Source of the DNA: Eledone cirrhosa
Taxonomy: Eukaryota
DNA length: 64,000 bases
Assembly: GCA_964016885.1 (NCBI GenBank)
Contig: OZ024757.1
Location: 6,076,001-6,140,000 of the forward strand
Direction: 5' to 3'
Made by a program: the position numbers and the translations under genes. Of the stretch, positions 38,290-51,207 are shown piece after piece. The first letter of the stretch is position 1, and every line of letters starts with the position of its first letter. The notes below the pieces were generated by a model, which was not told the DNA's origin, did no database searches, and saw only the letters and a program-made list of their open reading frames with translations.

Positions 38290-39360
38290 GGGTTAAACTA
38301 GATGAGATGCAGTTTGGTTTTGTGCCTGGGAAAAGTACAACAGATGCCCTCTTCTTGGTGAGACAATTACAAGAGAGGTTCTTAGAGATGAATAAACCAC
38401 TATACTCTATACTGGGCCTTTGTTGACCTAGAGAAGGCCTTTGATAGGGTACCCCGATCTGTCACCTGGTCGTCTCTAAGGAAACTAGGTGTTGAGGAAT
38501 GGCTTGTGAGGACAGTGCAAACTTTGTACAGAGGTGCTGTCAGTAAAGTCAGGGTAGGAATGGAGTTTAGTGAGGAATTCCAGATACAAGTAGGTGTACA
38601 TCAAGGTTCCGTCCTCAGCCCACTCTTGTTCGTTATAGGCCTCCAAGCCATAACAGAGGAGTTTAAGGCTGGATGTCCATGGGAACTTCTCTATGCTGGC
38701 GATCTGGTTCTTATAGCAGAATCAGAAGAGGAGCTAGAGAATAAATTCTGGCTATGGAAACAGCAGTTGGAAGCAAGAGGACTGAGAGTGAACCTAGCTA
38801 ATACAAAAGTGTTGATGAGTAGAAAAGAGGACAAAACTCTGATTCTGTCAGGGAAATGGCTATGTTCGATATGCAGGAAAGGAACTGGCCTAAATTCTAT
38901 AAAATGCACACAATGCAGATGTTGGGTACACAAGAGATGTAGTGGGATAGCAGGTAAACTAACAGGTAGGGAGAAATACATATGCAGTAGATGTACAGGG
39001 AAATTAGACAGTAGAAGTCACAGTGATAGACACATTTTACAAATGCAGGCGGGTTATATAGAAGTGGTGGATAGCTTCCGGTACCTAGGAGATCAGATTA
39101 GCATGGGAGGAGGGTGTTCCGAGGCCATAGTATCTAGAATAAGGTCGGGTTGGAAGAAGTTTAGGGAGCTGCTGTCGAAGAAGGGTTTCTCCCTGTGTAC
39201 GAAAGGCCAGTTATATGATGCCCGTGTGAAGAGCGCGATGCTGCATGGTAGTGAGACATGGGCAGCAACTGAAGAGGATATGCAACGGCTGGAGAGAAAT
39301 GAGGCAAGCATGCTCCGTTGGATGTGCAGTGTCAATGTGTGTGAACGACTCAGCATAAGA
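38290..39360 (+). mobile_element. RTE LINE RT fragment with an intact in-frame PHD finger (38863-38994)
   Basis: GVHQGSVLSPLLF, LLYAGD, N..NTKVL, then C4HC3, then EVVDSFRYLG. Confidence 0.9.
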
Positions 39361-39399
39361 TTTACAGCTAAAGATTTACCTCCCTTTTTGACAATAGTA

Positions 39400-40295
39400 A
39401 ACAGTGGTGGCCATAAGTGGGCTCAGAAACTAATGGTCACACATAGATGTTATGTGTATGAAACATGATTTACTCTAAAGAGACTATCGGTACACAAGAG
39501 ATTTAGTGGGATACATGGTAAGTTAGCTAAGAATGTAGGTTTTACATGGGGTCATTGCACTGGAGCAGTAAGAAGCAATCACCTTTGGGAGACAAGTTCT
39601 ATCAAATATTTAAAGGGTTCCATAGAAACAGTTGACAGTTTCTGTTACCTGGGTGACCAAATTAGCAGTGGAGGTAGGTGTACTGAAATACAGAAACCAG
39701 AGTAAGTACAAAATGGCAAAGGTTTAGGGTGCTACTATTACTACTACTGCTAACTACAAAAGGTTGTTTCACGAAATCAATGTGTGCATATGAACAGCAA
39801 TGCTGCATTGCAGTGAGGACCTCAGAAGATTGGATATAAATGAAGCTTGAATTCTCCGATGGATGTGTAATATTAATATACATGAAGAGCAAAGTGTAAA
39901 TAAACTGAGAGAACCTGGGCATGAGAGGGATAAGATACAGTATGCAGGAGTGTAGATTGCTGTGGTATGGACATGTGATGTGTATGAAGATAGAGATGTT
40001 GTATAAAAGGTTGACTGCTTGAAATTGATGGAAGAAGAAGACCTATGAATGCTTGGGATGAGGAGGTAAAAACTGACCTGACACCATTGTACCTCTCAAA
40101 GGTGATGACACAGGATTGAAATTTCTGGCGTTATACAGTACTGCAGGAGACCTGCATTCCCATGTCCACGGGATGAAGCAACATTTAGTGGTTTGAAGTA
40201 TGCCCCAATTTTCCTCCTCCCCACCTCTTAACACTCCACCCCCTTACCAGCGAAGTAACCCCTCTGACCTACCTCTCCAATCCCCACCCCACATA
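39400..40295 (+). mobile_element. Old RTE 3' fragment, duplicated at 54650-55465
   Basis: Direct near-identity including shared deletions. Confidence 0.8.
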
Positions 40296-40985
40296 CATAA
40301 AGAATTGCTGGTTTCACCCTTAACGGGATCTGAAACTGAAAAAAATCAATCTGTGAACGTAGAAGTAAATATTTCGAAAAATGTTGCAACTGAAGTAAAA
40401 CAGGAAGACGATACTTTGGTTCGTGAAGACGTTCTCTGGCAATGAACGGAAAGAAGCGAAGATCATACCTCGTTATGTGGAGCGGTGAGAACAATTACAC
40501 GCAAAGACAAACCACGTTTAAGGTATAAATGGAGTCGTAGACTAATATATTATTTAGGAAACTGAATGATTCTCGGCTTCGGAGTTCAGAATAATGTAAA
40601 TAAATTAGTAGAACGAAAATGAGAGAGGTTATTGAAATCATGAATCTTAAATATATACATACACACATTTATACACGTGCATATGTGAAAACACACGGCA
40701 TGCATGCATCTACATGCACGTACACATAAATACGCGCACACATACGTAAACGGGCGCGACACATACCCACACACATACGGACATATACACCAAATACACA
40801 TATAAATATGTGTGTGTGTATAGATATATAAATATACGCGCATAAATGCGTATAGAATGCACACTCACATACCTACAGGTAAATACACATGTTCACCAAA
40901 CGTACATTTACCAAAACCCTATGTACATATATACACACCATACATACGTGCAAGCACACATACACACTCATACATACCCATATAT

Positions 40986-41522
40986 GATGGCTGCCCCCTC
41001 GTTATCGAGTATGGCCATTGCACGAGAAAAAAAAACAATAATAATAATAATAATAATAACGACAACAACAATAATAATATACATACATATATATATATAT
41101 GTATATATATACACACACACACATAAACATATCTACACACACACACAATAGCAACTAACAGCGCTGGGATCGAATGTGGCTTTTTAGCCCAGCTAATGAT
41201 CTAAATTCTCTACCACATGCTTGGCAGGCATGATGAGTAGCATCTCCAACAGCAGCCTGGTAGTCAACCACTGGTCTTACTTTGTGACTGCGAAGATGAC
41301 TTTCGAGTCCAGCTTTGCTGAGGCAAAATCTCGCACAGACGCTGCAAATGCAACGGTAATGCCCTACCTCACATCCCACATTACGATCAGCAGCAACATT
41401 TCTTCCATGTATCAGCAGAGATGTTAGCGTCTTTCAAAGAGGCTTTCAAGGAATCCTTATACCGCTTTTTTGGTTTATGTGGAGGTCGTTTTCCTTTAAC
41501 TAACTCTCCATAAAATAGTTGT
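40986..41522 (-). mobile_element. RTE/BovB-type 3' end with two C-terminal C2H2 fingers
   Basis: LFYGELVKGKRPPHKPKKRYKDSLKASLK followed by CSVC..H...H and CQAC..H motifs; absent from paralogue copy 1. Confidence 0.8.
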
Positions 41523-41784
41523 TTATACATACACATAAGAGTTGTATACACATTTACATACATACGTACATATATGTGTGTGTATATATATATATAGAGA
41601 GAGAGAGAGAGAACAGTTGTATTGGATAATTTCGCTGCTATTTCTAGCAGTTAGAGAGACTACTTAGAGGTTTTCTTATTGATATATAATTGATATTTTA
41701 TTGAGTGATACTTTCTGATTTACAATCAATTAAATACGATTGGAACTGTGCCTGAAGGTATTAAATTATATCAGGGACTTTTAA

Positions 41785-42252
41785 CGTATGACACCGGTAC
41801 GAGAGTTGAAACATTACCAACGACACCGCGTACCTGCTGTCTTCATTATAACTTTAATTGATCTAATTATATCTTGTGTAACAATTATATATATATATAC
41901 ACAATTTTAATTCCCCGACACCAGTCTTACACTGTCATATCTATTCTTACTTTACAATTGTGTCTACTAAGATTTCCATTACAATCTGTAGTAGTAAAAC
42001 TACTATTTCACCAGAACATCTGCTATTTATAGACAATATATATATTTTAGACCACATATCAACCTAATATATATATATTTCCTATCTAATCTGTAGCTAA
42101 AGACATAAAGTCAGCCTCACTACTTCATTCTGACAAGATATCAATTTATGACTAAAGATGAAGAAGATACACCAACGTTAATGTCGTGAAATAAAGCTGA
42201 TAACATTGAAACTTCTAACACAACACATTGATTATATGTGAAGGAGGTAAGT
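41785..42252 (+). promoter_or_regulatory. Putative non-coding exon 1/promoter of zinc-finger gene B
   Basis: GAAGGAG|GTAAGT with the intron starting at 42247, oriented toward the acceptor ending at 52237. Confidence 0.6.
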
Positions 42253-43111
42253 TGACAAAGATTTACTTAATGTCTATATTAATGTGTGTAAATAATATAA
42301 TTATGTGAAGCCTACAAACGATCCAGTAATTAACCAGATTCCACTGTTACATGTGATATAAAATATATTGTTATCATGACTGTCTTTATTATTTAAATTA
42401 CCTCCGTCTATATTTCAACCACTGGAACAACCTCAAACAAGAAACAGTTGTCACACCCTCAGTCAACATTTTAATGTAAGAGATCGAAATATATGTTATG
42501 AGTGTATATAGATAGATGTATGTTGTGTGTGTATATATACAGTAATCCCCCGCTATATCGCGGTTCAGTTACATCGCGGATATTTCTTTGGAACGTATCT
42601 AATTTCCTATCGCGGTAATCCTCGCCACATCGCGGATTATTCGTTAGAACATATCTAGTTTCTTATCGCGGTACGTCTGAATAAAAAGTGTTTAAATTTT
42701 AAACTTATTAAATAAGTTTCAATGTTATTAAAGTGTATATCGTAAGGAAGGGACATCTTAAGGCTTTAATTATAAACAAATGTTTATATTTTTCATTCCA
42801 TTACTGTTTTACTGATCGTGTTTTGCTCTAATCTACTACAAACCCTTCATAGATTGAGGGGAGATGTACAGTGTATTACCAAGTGGCTACCGTGGCTGGC
42901 AATAGTCCTCATTGGTAACTAGTGGTATGATAGTTGGTGGTAGTTTCTATACGATCGTTACTAGCTGTTTTTGTTGTTTAAATACAAAAGTGTGTTCTAA
43001 TGAGTTTATATGTACTTAAAGCATGTATGAGAGGTATTTTAAGGCTTAAACTATGAAAACAACGGTTGTCTTTATGGTCTCTCTATATCACGGTTGGTTC
43101 TGGAACGTATC

Positions 43112-43298
43112 ATGGCTTAGTGGTTAGAGCATTGGGCTTACAATTAAAAGGTGTTGAGTTCGAGTTTCAGACCGGGTGTTGTGTTCTGTCCTTGAGCAAG
43201 ACACTTTATTTCACGTTGCTCCAGTTTAATCAGCTGTAGAAATGAGCTGTGATGTCACTGGTGCCAAACTGTATCGGCCATAACCTTTCCCTTGGACA
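43112..43298 (+). mobile_element. tRNA-derived SINE family 1
   Basis: A/B boxes plus conserved body; paralogue of 2450-2637. Confidence 0.85.
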
Positions 43299-43491
43299 TA
43301 TATATATAGTGTATATATACTGTACACAGTGTATATATAATATATATATAGTATATATACACGTTGTGATGTCACTGGTGCCAAGCTGCATCGGCCATAG
43401 CCTTTCCCTTGGACATCATAGATAGTGTATATATACACTGTATATAGTGTATATATATAATATATACATAGTGTATATATATATAGGGATA

Positions 43492-44770
43492 TCATCATCA
43501 CTGTTTTACGTCCCTTCTTCCACGGTAGTATGGGTTAGACAGGTTGTCCTGTTGTGGGCAGTGCCAGGTAGGGTGACCTTGTCTTGCTCAGATGGGAACC
43601 GATTTTGGCTTGATATCTACAGCTGGATACCCTTCCTAACATCAACTCACAGTGAGTGCTGGGTGCTTTTTTGTTGTGACAGCTCCACAGCCACTTTACA
43701 GTGGGAGGGGGTGGGGGCATATTGTCTATGTGCTTCGGCTTGTACCCAGGGGCTACAACACAACCTCCTCTGCTGCACACAGCATTTGATTCCTCTTATG
43801 CTCAGTCTCTCTCTCTCAATTCATTTATGCTTTACCGTTCGCGTATATTACTATTACACATCCATCGGAGCATGCAAGTTTCGTTTCTTTCTAATCTACG
43901 CAAGTCTTCTACAGACAATGCCCAGGTCTCACTACCATGTAACATTGCTGTTCGTATGCACGCATCATACTGTCTGCCTTTCATTTTGAGGGAAAAGCCT
44001 TTTGCAGCTAGCAGTGGCAGTAGCTCCTTGAACTTCTTCAATCCCGTTGTTACCCTGGTTACTGTACTTTCAGAACACCCATCTCTGCTGCTTATTCGGT
44101 CACCTAGGTAGCAAAAGATGTCTATTGTTTCTACAGAGCTCTCCCAGAGTTTGGTGGTGCTTGTTTCTTTAGTTCTGCCATAGATTCAGCTATAAGTTTA
44201 AGATCATCCACATATAGGAGTTCCTATGGGCATCAGGTCTTAAACTCCTCTGTTATAGCCTGCAATACTATTATAAACAGGAGAAGGCTAAGAACAGAGC
44301 CCTGGTAGACACCGATTTGTATGCTAAATTCCTCGCTATAGTAATTGTTAAGCTTAACTTTACTAACATGTCCCTATACATGGCTTGTACAGCTTTCACA
44401 AGCCAATAATCTACTCCTAGTTTTCTAAGAGCCCACCAGATTATAGCACGGAACACTCTGTTGAAGACTTTTTCCATATCGACAAGAGCCAGGTAGAGCG
44501 GCTTACTTTTAACTAGGTTCTTTTCCTTTAACTGCCTCACAAGGAAGAGGGCATCAGTGGTGCTTTTTCCTGGCACAAGCCCAAACTGCATCTCATCTAG
44601 TTTTTCCCAGTCCCTGATCAACTGTGCTATGACTCTTTCCATTACTTTCATGACCTGGTCCATCATGACCTGGCCCACAGCATACGTCAATATCTTTTCA
44701 CTCTAGCATGTCTATAATTTCTCCTTCCCTTCCTTTCATTGTGCTTATGTTGATGCTGCCAACTCAGAGT
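43492..44770 (-). mobile_element. Degraded RTE fragment (paralogue of 20490-22016)
   Basis: MQFGLVPGKSTTDALF and HGSETW; shares the C-terminal deletion with copy 2. Confidence 0.9.
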
Positions 44771-46572
44771 TTTGGACATTTGCCAGAGAGGGTGAATTTT
44801 TGCAGGGGAGTGTGTATGCTTCCTGTTTCTGACTTAAAGCTTTGCATGGGTGCTTGGTAACTCGCAGATTTATATTGATTTAATTATTCGGGGTTGTTCC
44901 ATTTATCTTTCGCTCCTCCATATATAACAGTAAACAAGAATTATTTGGTGCAGGGCTAGAAGGACAGTAGTAGCAATGGCAGAGTTTGTTGGGGCTGGTA
45001 AGGGCTAGAAGGACAGTAGTAGTAATGGCAGAGTTTGTTGGGGCTGGTAATGGGTAAGGACATGTTGCTGAGGTTTGATTGGTCAAATAGCCAGTGGTGG
45101 TGAGTGGGAAATTGTGAGATAGGTAGCCATCTTGACATATATCATCACAGGAGATTCGGGGGAAATAAGCAGATATAAGTAGACATATTAGACAAGGCAA
45201 ATCTGCAATAATTTCGAAGATTGTCTCCTAGCTTCGTAAACACCGAAATGAATGAGTGAGAGAAAGGGGAGGTAATGGCAGGGGTTAGGGATGAGTTTGT
45301 AGAGAAAGGCACAATGTCCAACATGGTTTATATCAAAAACAAGGTTGAAGTATATACGTTGTGGAAACAAGTGAATGATAATAATAATAATGTAAACAGA
45401 ACATTTTGAAACTGGGGAAGAGAGATAGCTGTAGAATAGAAATAATCTATGGATGTCTGGGATATAAGTTATATATAAATGTTGTGATGTCACTGGTGCC
45501 AAGCTGTGTCAGCCATTGCCTTTCCTTGGACAACATATATAGTGTATAATATATATTGTACACAGTGTATATATATGTTGTGATGTCACTGGTGCCAAGC
45601 TGTATCAGCCATTGCCTTTCCCTTGGACAACATATATAGTGTATAATATATATTGTACACAGTGTATATATATGTTGTGATGTCACTCGTGTCAAGCTGT
45701 GACAGCCATTACCTTTCCCATGGACAACATATATAGTGTATAATATATATTGTACACAGTGTATATATATATATATAGTGTAGGGCAATAAAAATAGATG
45801 GTAGCCACGGATTAGGCAGACCCAGAAAAACCTGGGACGACTTGATAAATTCCGACCTCACACACTTACACCTCTCCAATACAGCGTCACTGGACCGAGA
45901 GCTTTGGCGCTACACAGTAATAGAGAAGACCCGCCTTACCTAAGTGCAAAGTGAAACCTACTACAGTCAGTAGGCACCTCTAACAAAATACATCCCCGTC
46001 CCACCTCATCCACGCCGCCCCTTTCAATGTAAAGTTATGTTGGTGCCACAACATCCAGCCCGAAACAAATGAGGTCGTGTAGGTGTCACGACAAAAAAAC
46101 ACACAGTCCACACTGTAATGTGGCCGTGTAGGCAACACGGTAAAAACCTCCCAGTTCACACTGTAAATGTGGTTGGTGTTAGGAAGGGCATCCAGCCGTA
46201 GAAAACCCGCCAGATAGTCCTATACGAGCAAGACAACCACTCTTGCCTCAAGTGGGAAAACTCCCGTCCAAACCCATGCGAGCGAGGAATATGGATGTTA
46301 AACGATGATGATGATAGTGTATATACATGTTGTGATGTCACTGGTGTCAAGCTGTGTAAGCCATTACTATTCCCTTGGACAACATATATATTGTACACAG
46401 TGTATATATATTGTACACAGTGTATATATATATATTGTACACAGTGTATATATATATATATATAGTGTATATATGTTGTGATGTCACAGGTGCCAAGCTG
46501 TATCAGCCATTGCCTTTCCCTTGGACAACATATATAGTGTATAATATATAATGTGTATATATAATATATATA

Positions 46573-47468
46573 TGAGGTGGGTCAGAAAAGTTCCACGACT
46601 GATGTCACAAAAGATTTATTTCAAACCCAAACTTCACACTAAGAGTTTTCTCCTTCAAAGTAATCCCCCTGGAGTCTAATGCACTTTTCCATCATTTTCT
46701 ACCACGCTTGCATGCACTCCTGGAAGGATTCTTCCGGGACCCTCCAGAGTTCCGTCATCACGGCCTTTTTGATGTCATCCACATCTTCAAAATGGGTCCC
46801 CTCCGGGTCGTACTCGAAAATCCATGACTCATCACCGGTGCTGACTGTCCCTAGCAAGTCTGGTTCAGTTTCAAGACACTCGAGGATGTCCTGGCACACT
46901 TGCATGCGTCGACCCTTCTGATCATCGTTCAGCAGTTTTGGCACCATCTTTGTGCAGACTTTACGCATGTCCAAATCTTCAGTGAGAATCTTCCAGACGC
47001 TGTCCCGATTCATGCCCAGCTCATTAGCCATCAGTCGAACAGTCAGCCGACGATTGCTACGCACCATCTGCCTGATGCGCTCAACGTTGACCTCAGTCCT
47101 GGTTGTTGAGGACCTTCTGCTCCTGGGGTCATCTTCCATGTCGTCGCATCCTTCTTTAAACCTCTTGCACCACTCAAAAACACGTGAGCGTGACATCGTC
47201 TCATCTCCATACACTTGCTGCAGCAATCCCAGTGTTTCTGACGGAGTTTTCAAGTTTGTTCGTTGCTCTGTGCTCATTGCTTGACGTCCAGAAACAGAGG
47301 ACATGTATATAAAATTATGAAGAAAAAAGTTTGATTGCTGCAGAGAGCTAAGATTACAGTTACATACTCCAGGGGGATTACTTTGAAGGAGATAACTCTT
47401 AGTGTGAAGTTTGGGTTTGAAATAAATCTTTTGTGACATCAGTCCTGGAACTTTTCTGACACACCTCT
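46573..47468 (-). mobile_element. Mariner deletion derivative with about 105-bp inverted termini and TA TSD
   Basis: 46573-46677 is inverted to 47365-47468. The ORF keeps the HTH (SRSRVFEWCKRFKEG), a WVP-like KMVPKLL and TGDESW, then jumps to the C-terminal HFEDVDDIK. Confidence 0.92.
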
Positions 47469-47719
47469 TATATATATGTAGTGAAGTTCCAAGCTGTATC
47501 AGCCATTACCTTTCCCTTGGACAACATCTGTGGCATGGAGAGGGTAGACTGGTATACTTGGGTGACTGCTGGTCTTCCTCAAACAACCAGACCTGTGCCT
47601 CAGATGGGAACTTTCTAGTTGCCAATCACATGGTCATTCGTGTTCGACGGGGTTCTTCGATATGTTAGGTGTGTATATATAGATGTGTATTGATGTCCAT
47701 GTGGGCGTCATTGATACCA

Positions 47720-48535
47720 ATGCTAGGGAAGGCTGGTCTTCTATATTACTGCATAACACCAAATATCTCAATCCTGTGTCATTGTCTTTGAGAAGTGCAA
47801 TTGTGTGAGGTCAGCTTTTATCACCTCATCCCACATCTTTCTACTCCATAGCTTCCATCAGTTGTGTGGGGTCAGCTGTTATCACCTCAAACTAGGTCTT
47901 CCTACTTCACAGTTTCCATCAATTGTGTGAGGTCAGCTTTTATCACCTCATCCCAGGTCTTCCTACTTCACAGCTTCCATCAATTGTGTAAGGTCAGCTG
48001 TTATCACCTCAAACTAGGTCTTCCTACTTCATAGCTCCCATCAATTGTGTGAGGTCAGCTTTTGTCACCTCAGCCCAGGTCTTCCTACTTCACAGCTCCC
48101 ATCAATTGTGTGAGGTCAGCTTTTATCACCTCATCCCAGGTCTTCCTACTTCATAGCTTCCATCAATTGTGTGAGGTCAGCTTTTATCACCTCATCCTAG
48201 GTCTTCCTACTCCACAGCTCCCATCAATTGTATGAGGTCAGCTTTTATCACCTCATCCTAGGTCTTCCTACTCCACAGCTCCCATCAATTGTGTGAGGTC
48301 AGCTATTATCACCTCATCTTAGGTCTTACTACTTCATAGCTTCCATCAATTGTGTGAGGTCAGATTTTATCACTTCAGACTAGGTCTTCCTACTACACAG
48401 CTCCCATCAATTGTGTGAGGTCAGCTTTTATCACCTCATCCCAGGTCTCCCTACTTCATAGCTTCCATCAATTGTGTGAGGTCAGCTTTTATCACCTCAT
48501 CCCAAGTCTTCCTACTTAACAGCTTCCATCAATTT
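47720..48535 (-). repeat. 61-bp minisatellite (about 12 copies) derived from the RTE ORF2 C-terminus
   Basis: Unit ATCAATTGTGTGAGGTCAGCTTTTATCACCTCATCCCAGGTCTTCCTACTTCATAGCTTCC, continuous with the RTE end at 47720-47800. Confidence 0.9.
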
Positions 48536-48635
48536 TATAAAATGCTTGAAAACGACTTAGAAAAGGTTTTCATCAAAATCAAAATTTAATCCCAAAGAGA
48601 GGAAATTGGATGGAACGTAATCCACTGAAAGTTGC

Positions 48636-51002
48636 TTAACTTTTTAACATTTAAACTGGCCAGAATTCTGTCCCCTTTTTCTGTTCAAACCAGCCATAAC
48701 TAGCCACTCTTACTGACATTAAGGTATTGTTCTCAATATAAATATCAAAATCTCATAGATTCAATATTATGTGAGTTAAAGACTTTACCACGGAAATACA
48801 ATAGTATATATAAAGTAATGTAAATGTTATGTGAGGTAAAGTCTTTACCATGGAAATATAATAGTATATATAGATTAATGTAAATGTTATGTGAGGTAAA
48901 GACTTTACCATGGAAATATAATAGTATATATAGAGTAATGTAAATGTTATGTGAGGTAAAGACTTTACCATGGAAATACAATAGTATATATAGAGTAATG
49001 TAAATGTTATGTGAGGTAAAGACTTTACCATGGAAATACAATAGTATATATAGAGTAATGTAAATGTTATGTGAGGTAAAGACTTTACTATGGAAATATA
49101 ATAGTATATATAGAGTAATGTAAATGTTATGTGAGGTAAAGACTTTACCATGGAAATACAATAGTATATATAGAGTAATGTAAATGTTATGTGAGGTAAA
49201 GACTTTACTATGGAAATATAATAGTATATATAGAGTAATGTAAATGTTATGTGAGGTAAAGACTTTACCATGGAAATATAATAGTATATATAGAGTATTA
49301 TAAATGTTATGTGAGGTAAAGACTTTACCATGGAAATACAATAGTATATATAAAGTAATGTAAATGTTATGTGAGGTAAAGACTTTACCATGAAAATACA
49401 ATAGTATATATAGAGTAATGTAAATGTTATATGAGGTAAAGACTTTACCATGGAAATACAATAGTATATATAGAGTAATGTAAATGTTATGTGAGGTAAA
49501 GACTTTACCATGGAAATACAATAGTATATATAGAGTAATGTAAATGTTATGTAAGATAAAGACTTTACCATGGAAATATAATAGTATATATAGAGTAATG
49601 TAAATGTTATGTGAGGTAATGACTTTACCACGGAAATACAATAGTATATATAGAGTAATGTAAATGCTATGTGAGGTAAAGACTTTACCATGGAAATATA
49701 ATAGTATATATAGAGTAATGTAAATGTTATGTGAGGTAAAGACTTTACCATGGAAATATAATAGTATATATAGAGTAATGTAAATGTTATGTGAGGTAAT
49801 GACTTTACCATGGAAATACAATAGTATATATAGAGTAATGTAAATGTTATGTGAGATAAAGACTTTACCATGGAAATATAATAGTATATATAGAGTAATG
49901 TAAATGTTATGTGAGGTAATGACTTTACCATGGAAATATAATAGTATATATATAGAGTAATGTAAATGTTATGTGAGGTAAAGACTTTACCATGGAAATA
50001 TAATAGTATATATAGAGTAATGTAAATGTTATGCGAGGTAAAGACTTTACCATGGAAATATAATAGTATATATAGAGTAATGTAAATGTTATGTGAGGTA
50101 AAGACTTTACCATGAAAATACAATAGTATATATAGAGTAATGTAAATGTTATGTGAGGTAAAGACTTTACCATGAAAATACAATAGTATATATAGAGTAT
50201 TATAAATGTTATGTGAGATAAAGACTTTACCATGGAAATACAATAGTATATATAGAGTAATATAAATGTTATGTGAGGTAAAGATTTTACCATGGAAATA
50301 TAATAGTATATATAGAGTAATATAAATGTTATGTGAGGTAAAGACTTTACCATGGAAATATAATAGTATATATAGAGTAATGTAAATGTTATGTGAGATA
50401 AAGACTTTACCATGGAAATATAATTGTATATATAGAGTAATGTAAATGTTATGTGTGGTAAAGACTTTACCATGGAAATATAATAGTATATATAGAGTAA
50501 TGTAAATGTTATATGAGATAAAGACTTTACCATGGAAATATAATAGTATATATAGAGTAATGTAAATGTTATGTGAGATAAAGACTTTACCATGGAAATA
50601 TAATAGTATATATAGTGTAATGTAAATGTTATGTGAGGTAAAGACTTTACCATGGAAATACAATAGTATATATATAGAGTAATGTAAATGTTATGTGAAG
50701 TAAAAACTTTACCATGGAAATATAATAGTATATATAGAGTAATGTAAATGTTATGTGAGATAAAGACTTTACCATGGAAATATAATAGTATATATAGAGT
50801 AATGTAAATGTTATGTTAGGTAAAGACTTTACCATGGAAATATAATAGTATATATAGAGTAATGTAAATGTTATGTGAGATAAAGACTTTACCATGATAA
50901 TATAATAGTATATATAGAGTAATATAAATGTTATGTGAGGTAAAGACTTTACTGTGAAAATATAATAGTATATATAGAGTAATATAAATGCTAAAGGGTT
51001 AA
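48636..51002. mobile_element. piggyBac-type MITE enclosing the 60-bp array
   Basis: Left TTAACTTTTTAACATTTA versus right TAAATGCTAAAGGGTTAA (15/18 inverted match, TTAA at both ends, CCC/GGG terminus intact on the right). Confidence 0.6.
48765..50990. repeat. 60-bp minisatellite, about 37 copies
   Basis: Unit GACTTTACCATGGAAATATAATAGTATATATAGAGTAATGTAAATGTTATGTGAGGTAAA. Confidence 0.97.
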
Positions 51003-51207
51003 ACCCTGAAGAAAGGAGTTTTATGTCCCGAAATATTGGACAAATAAAAGAAGAACAAGAACAAAAAGCAAAACAAAGATTACCAGGTAACTTTTACTTT
51101 TCCTTACCTCATCTTACAGTCTATGTTGCCTTGTTTAGCCTTCTATATCTTTCAACGTTATATTTTATATAGAATGCTTCAAACAAACTACAACATTTTA
51201 TTATATA

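Larger units (their letters stand above)
40650..46315 (+). repeat. Segmental duplication copy 3 (inverted): promoter, leader and intron of zinc-finger gene B
   Basis: Reverse complement of 1-4620 and about 19000-24830. The RTE tail at 45960-46315 matches 18655-19010. Confidence 0.88.

Noticed and set aside
41155-41379. Additional host C2H2 gene (also 27521-27643)
   Set aside because: The fingers lack TGEKP linkers and follow RTE ORF2 C-terminal motifs; they are retrotransposon-encoded.
41785-42330. Repeated cassette as a spliced-leader RNA gene (prompted by the nearby CRE element)
   Set aside because: No Sm-binding site or short SL stem-loop follows the donor; position and orientation fit an ordinary cis-spliced first exon.
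48745-50895. Long ORFs of 242-636 aa (and the 418-aa ORF at 12611-13867)
   Set aside because: Translations of 60-bp and 72-bp satellites whose unit length is a multiple of 3; broken by TA slippage and with no domain content.
51003-51050. CTGAAGA...TCCCGAAATATTGGAC hammerhead-like remnant
   Set aside because: The cleavage-site U is missing and stem I does not pair; at best a dead relic.
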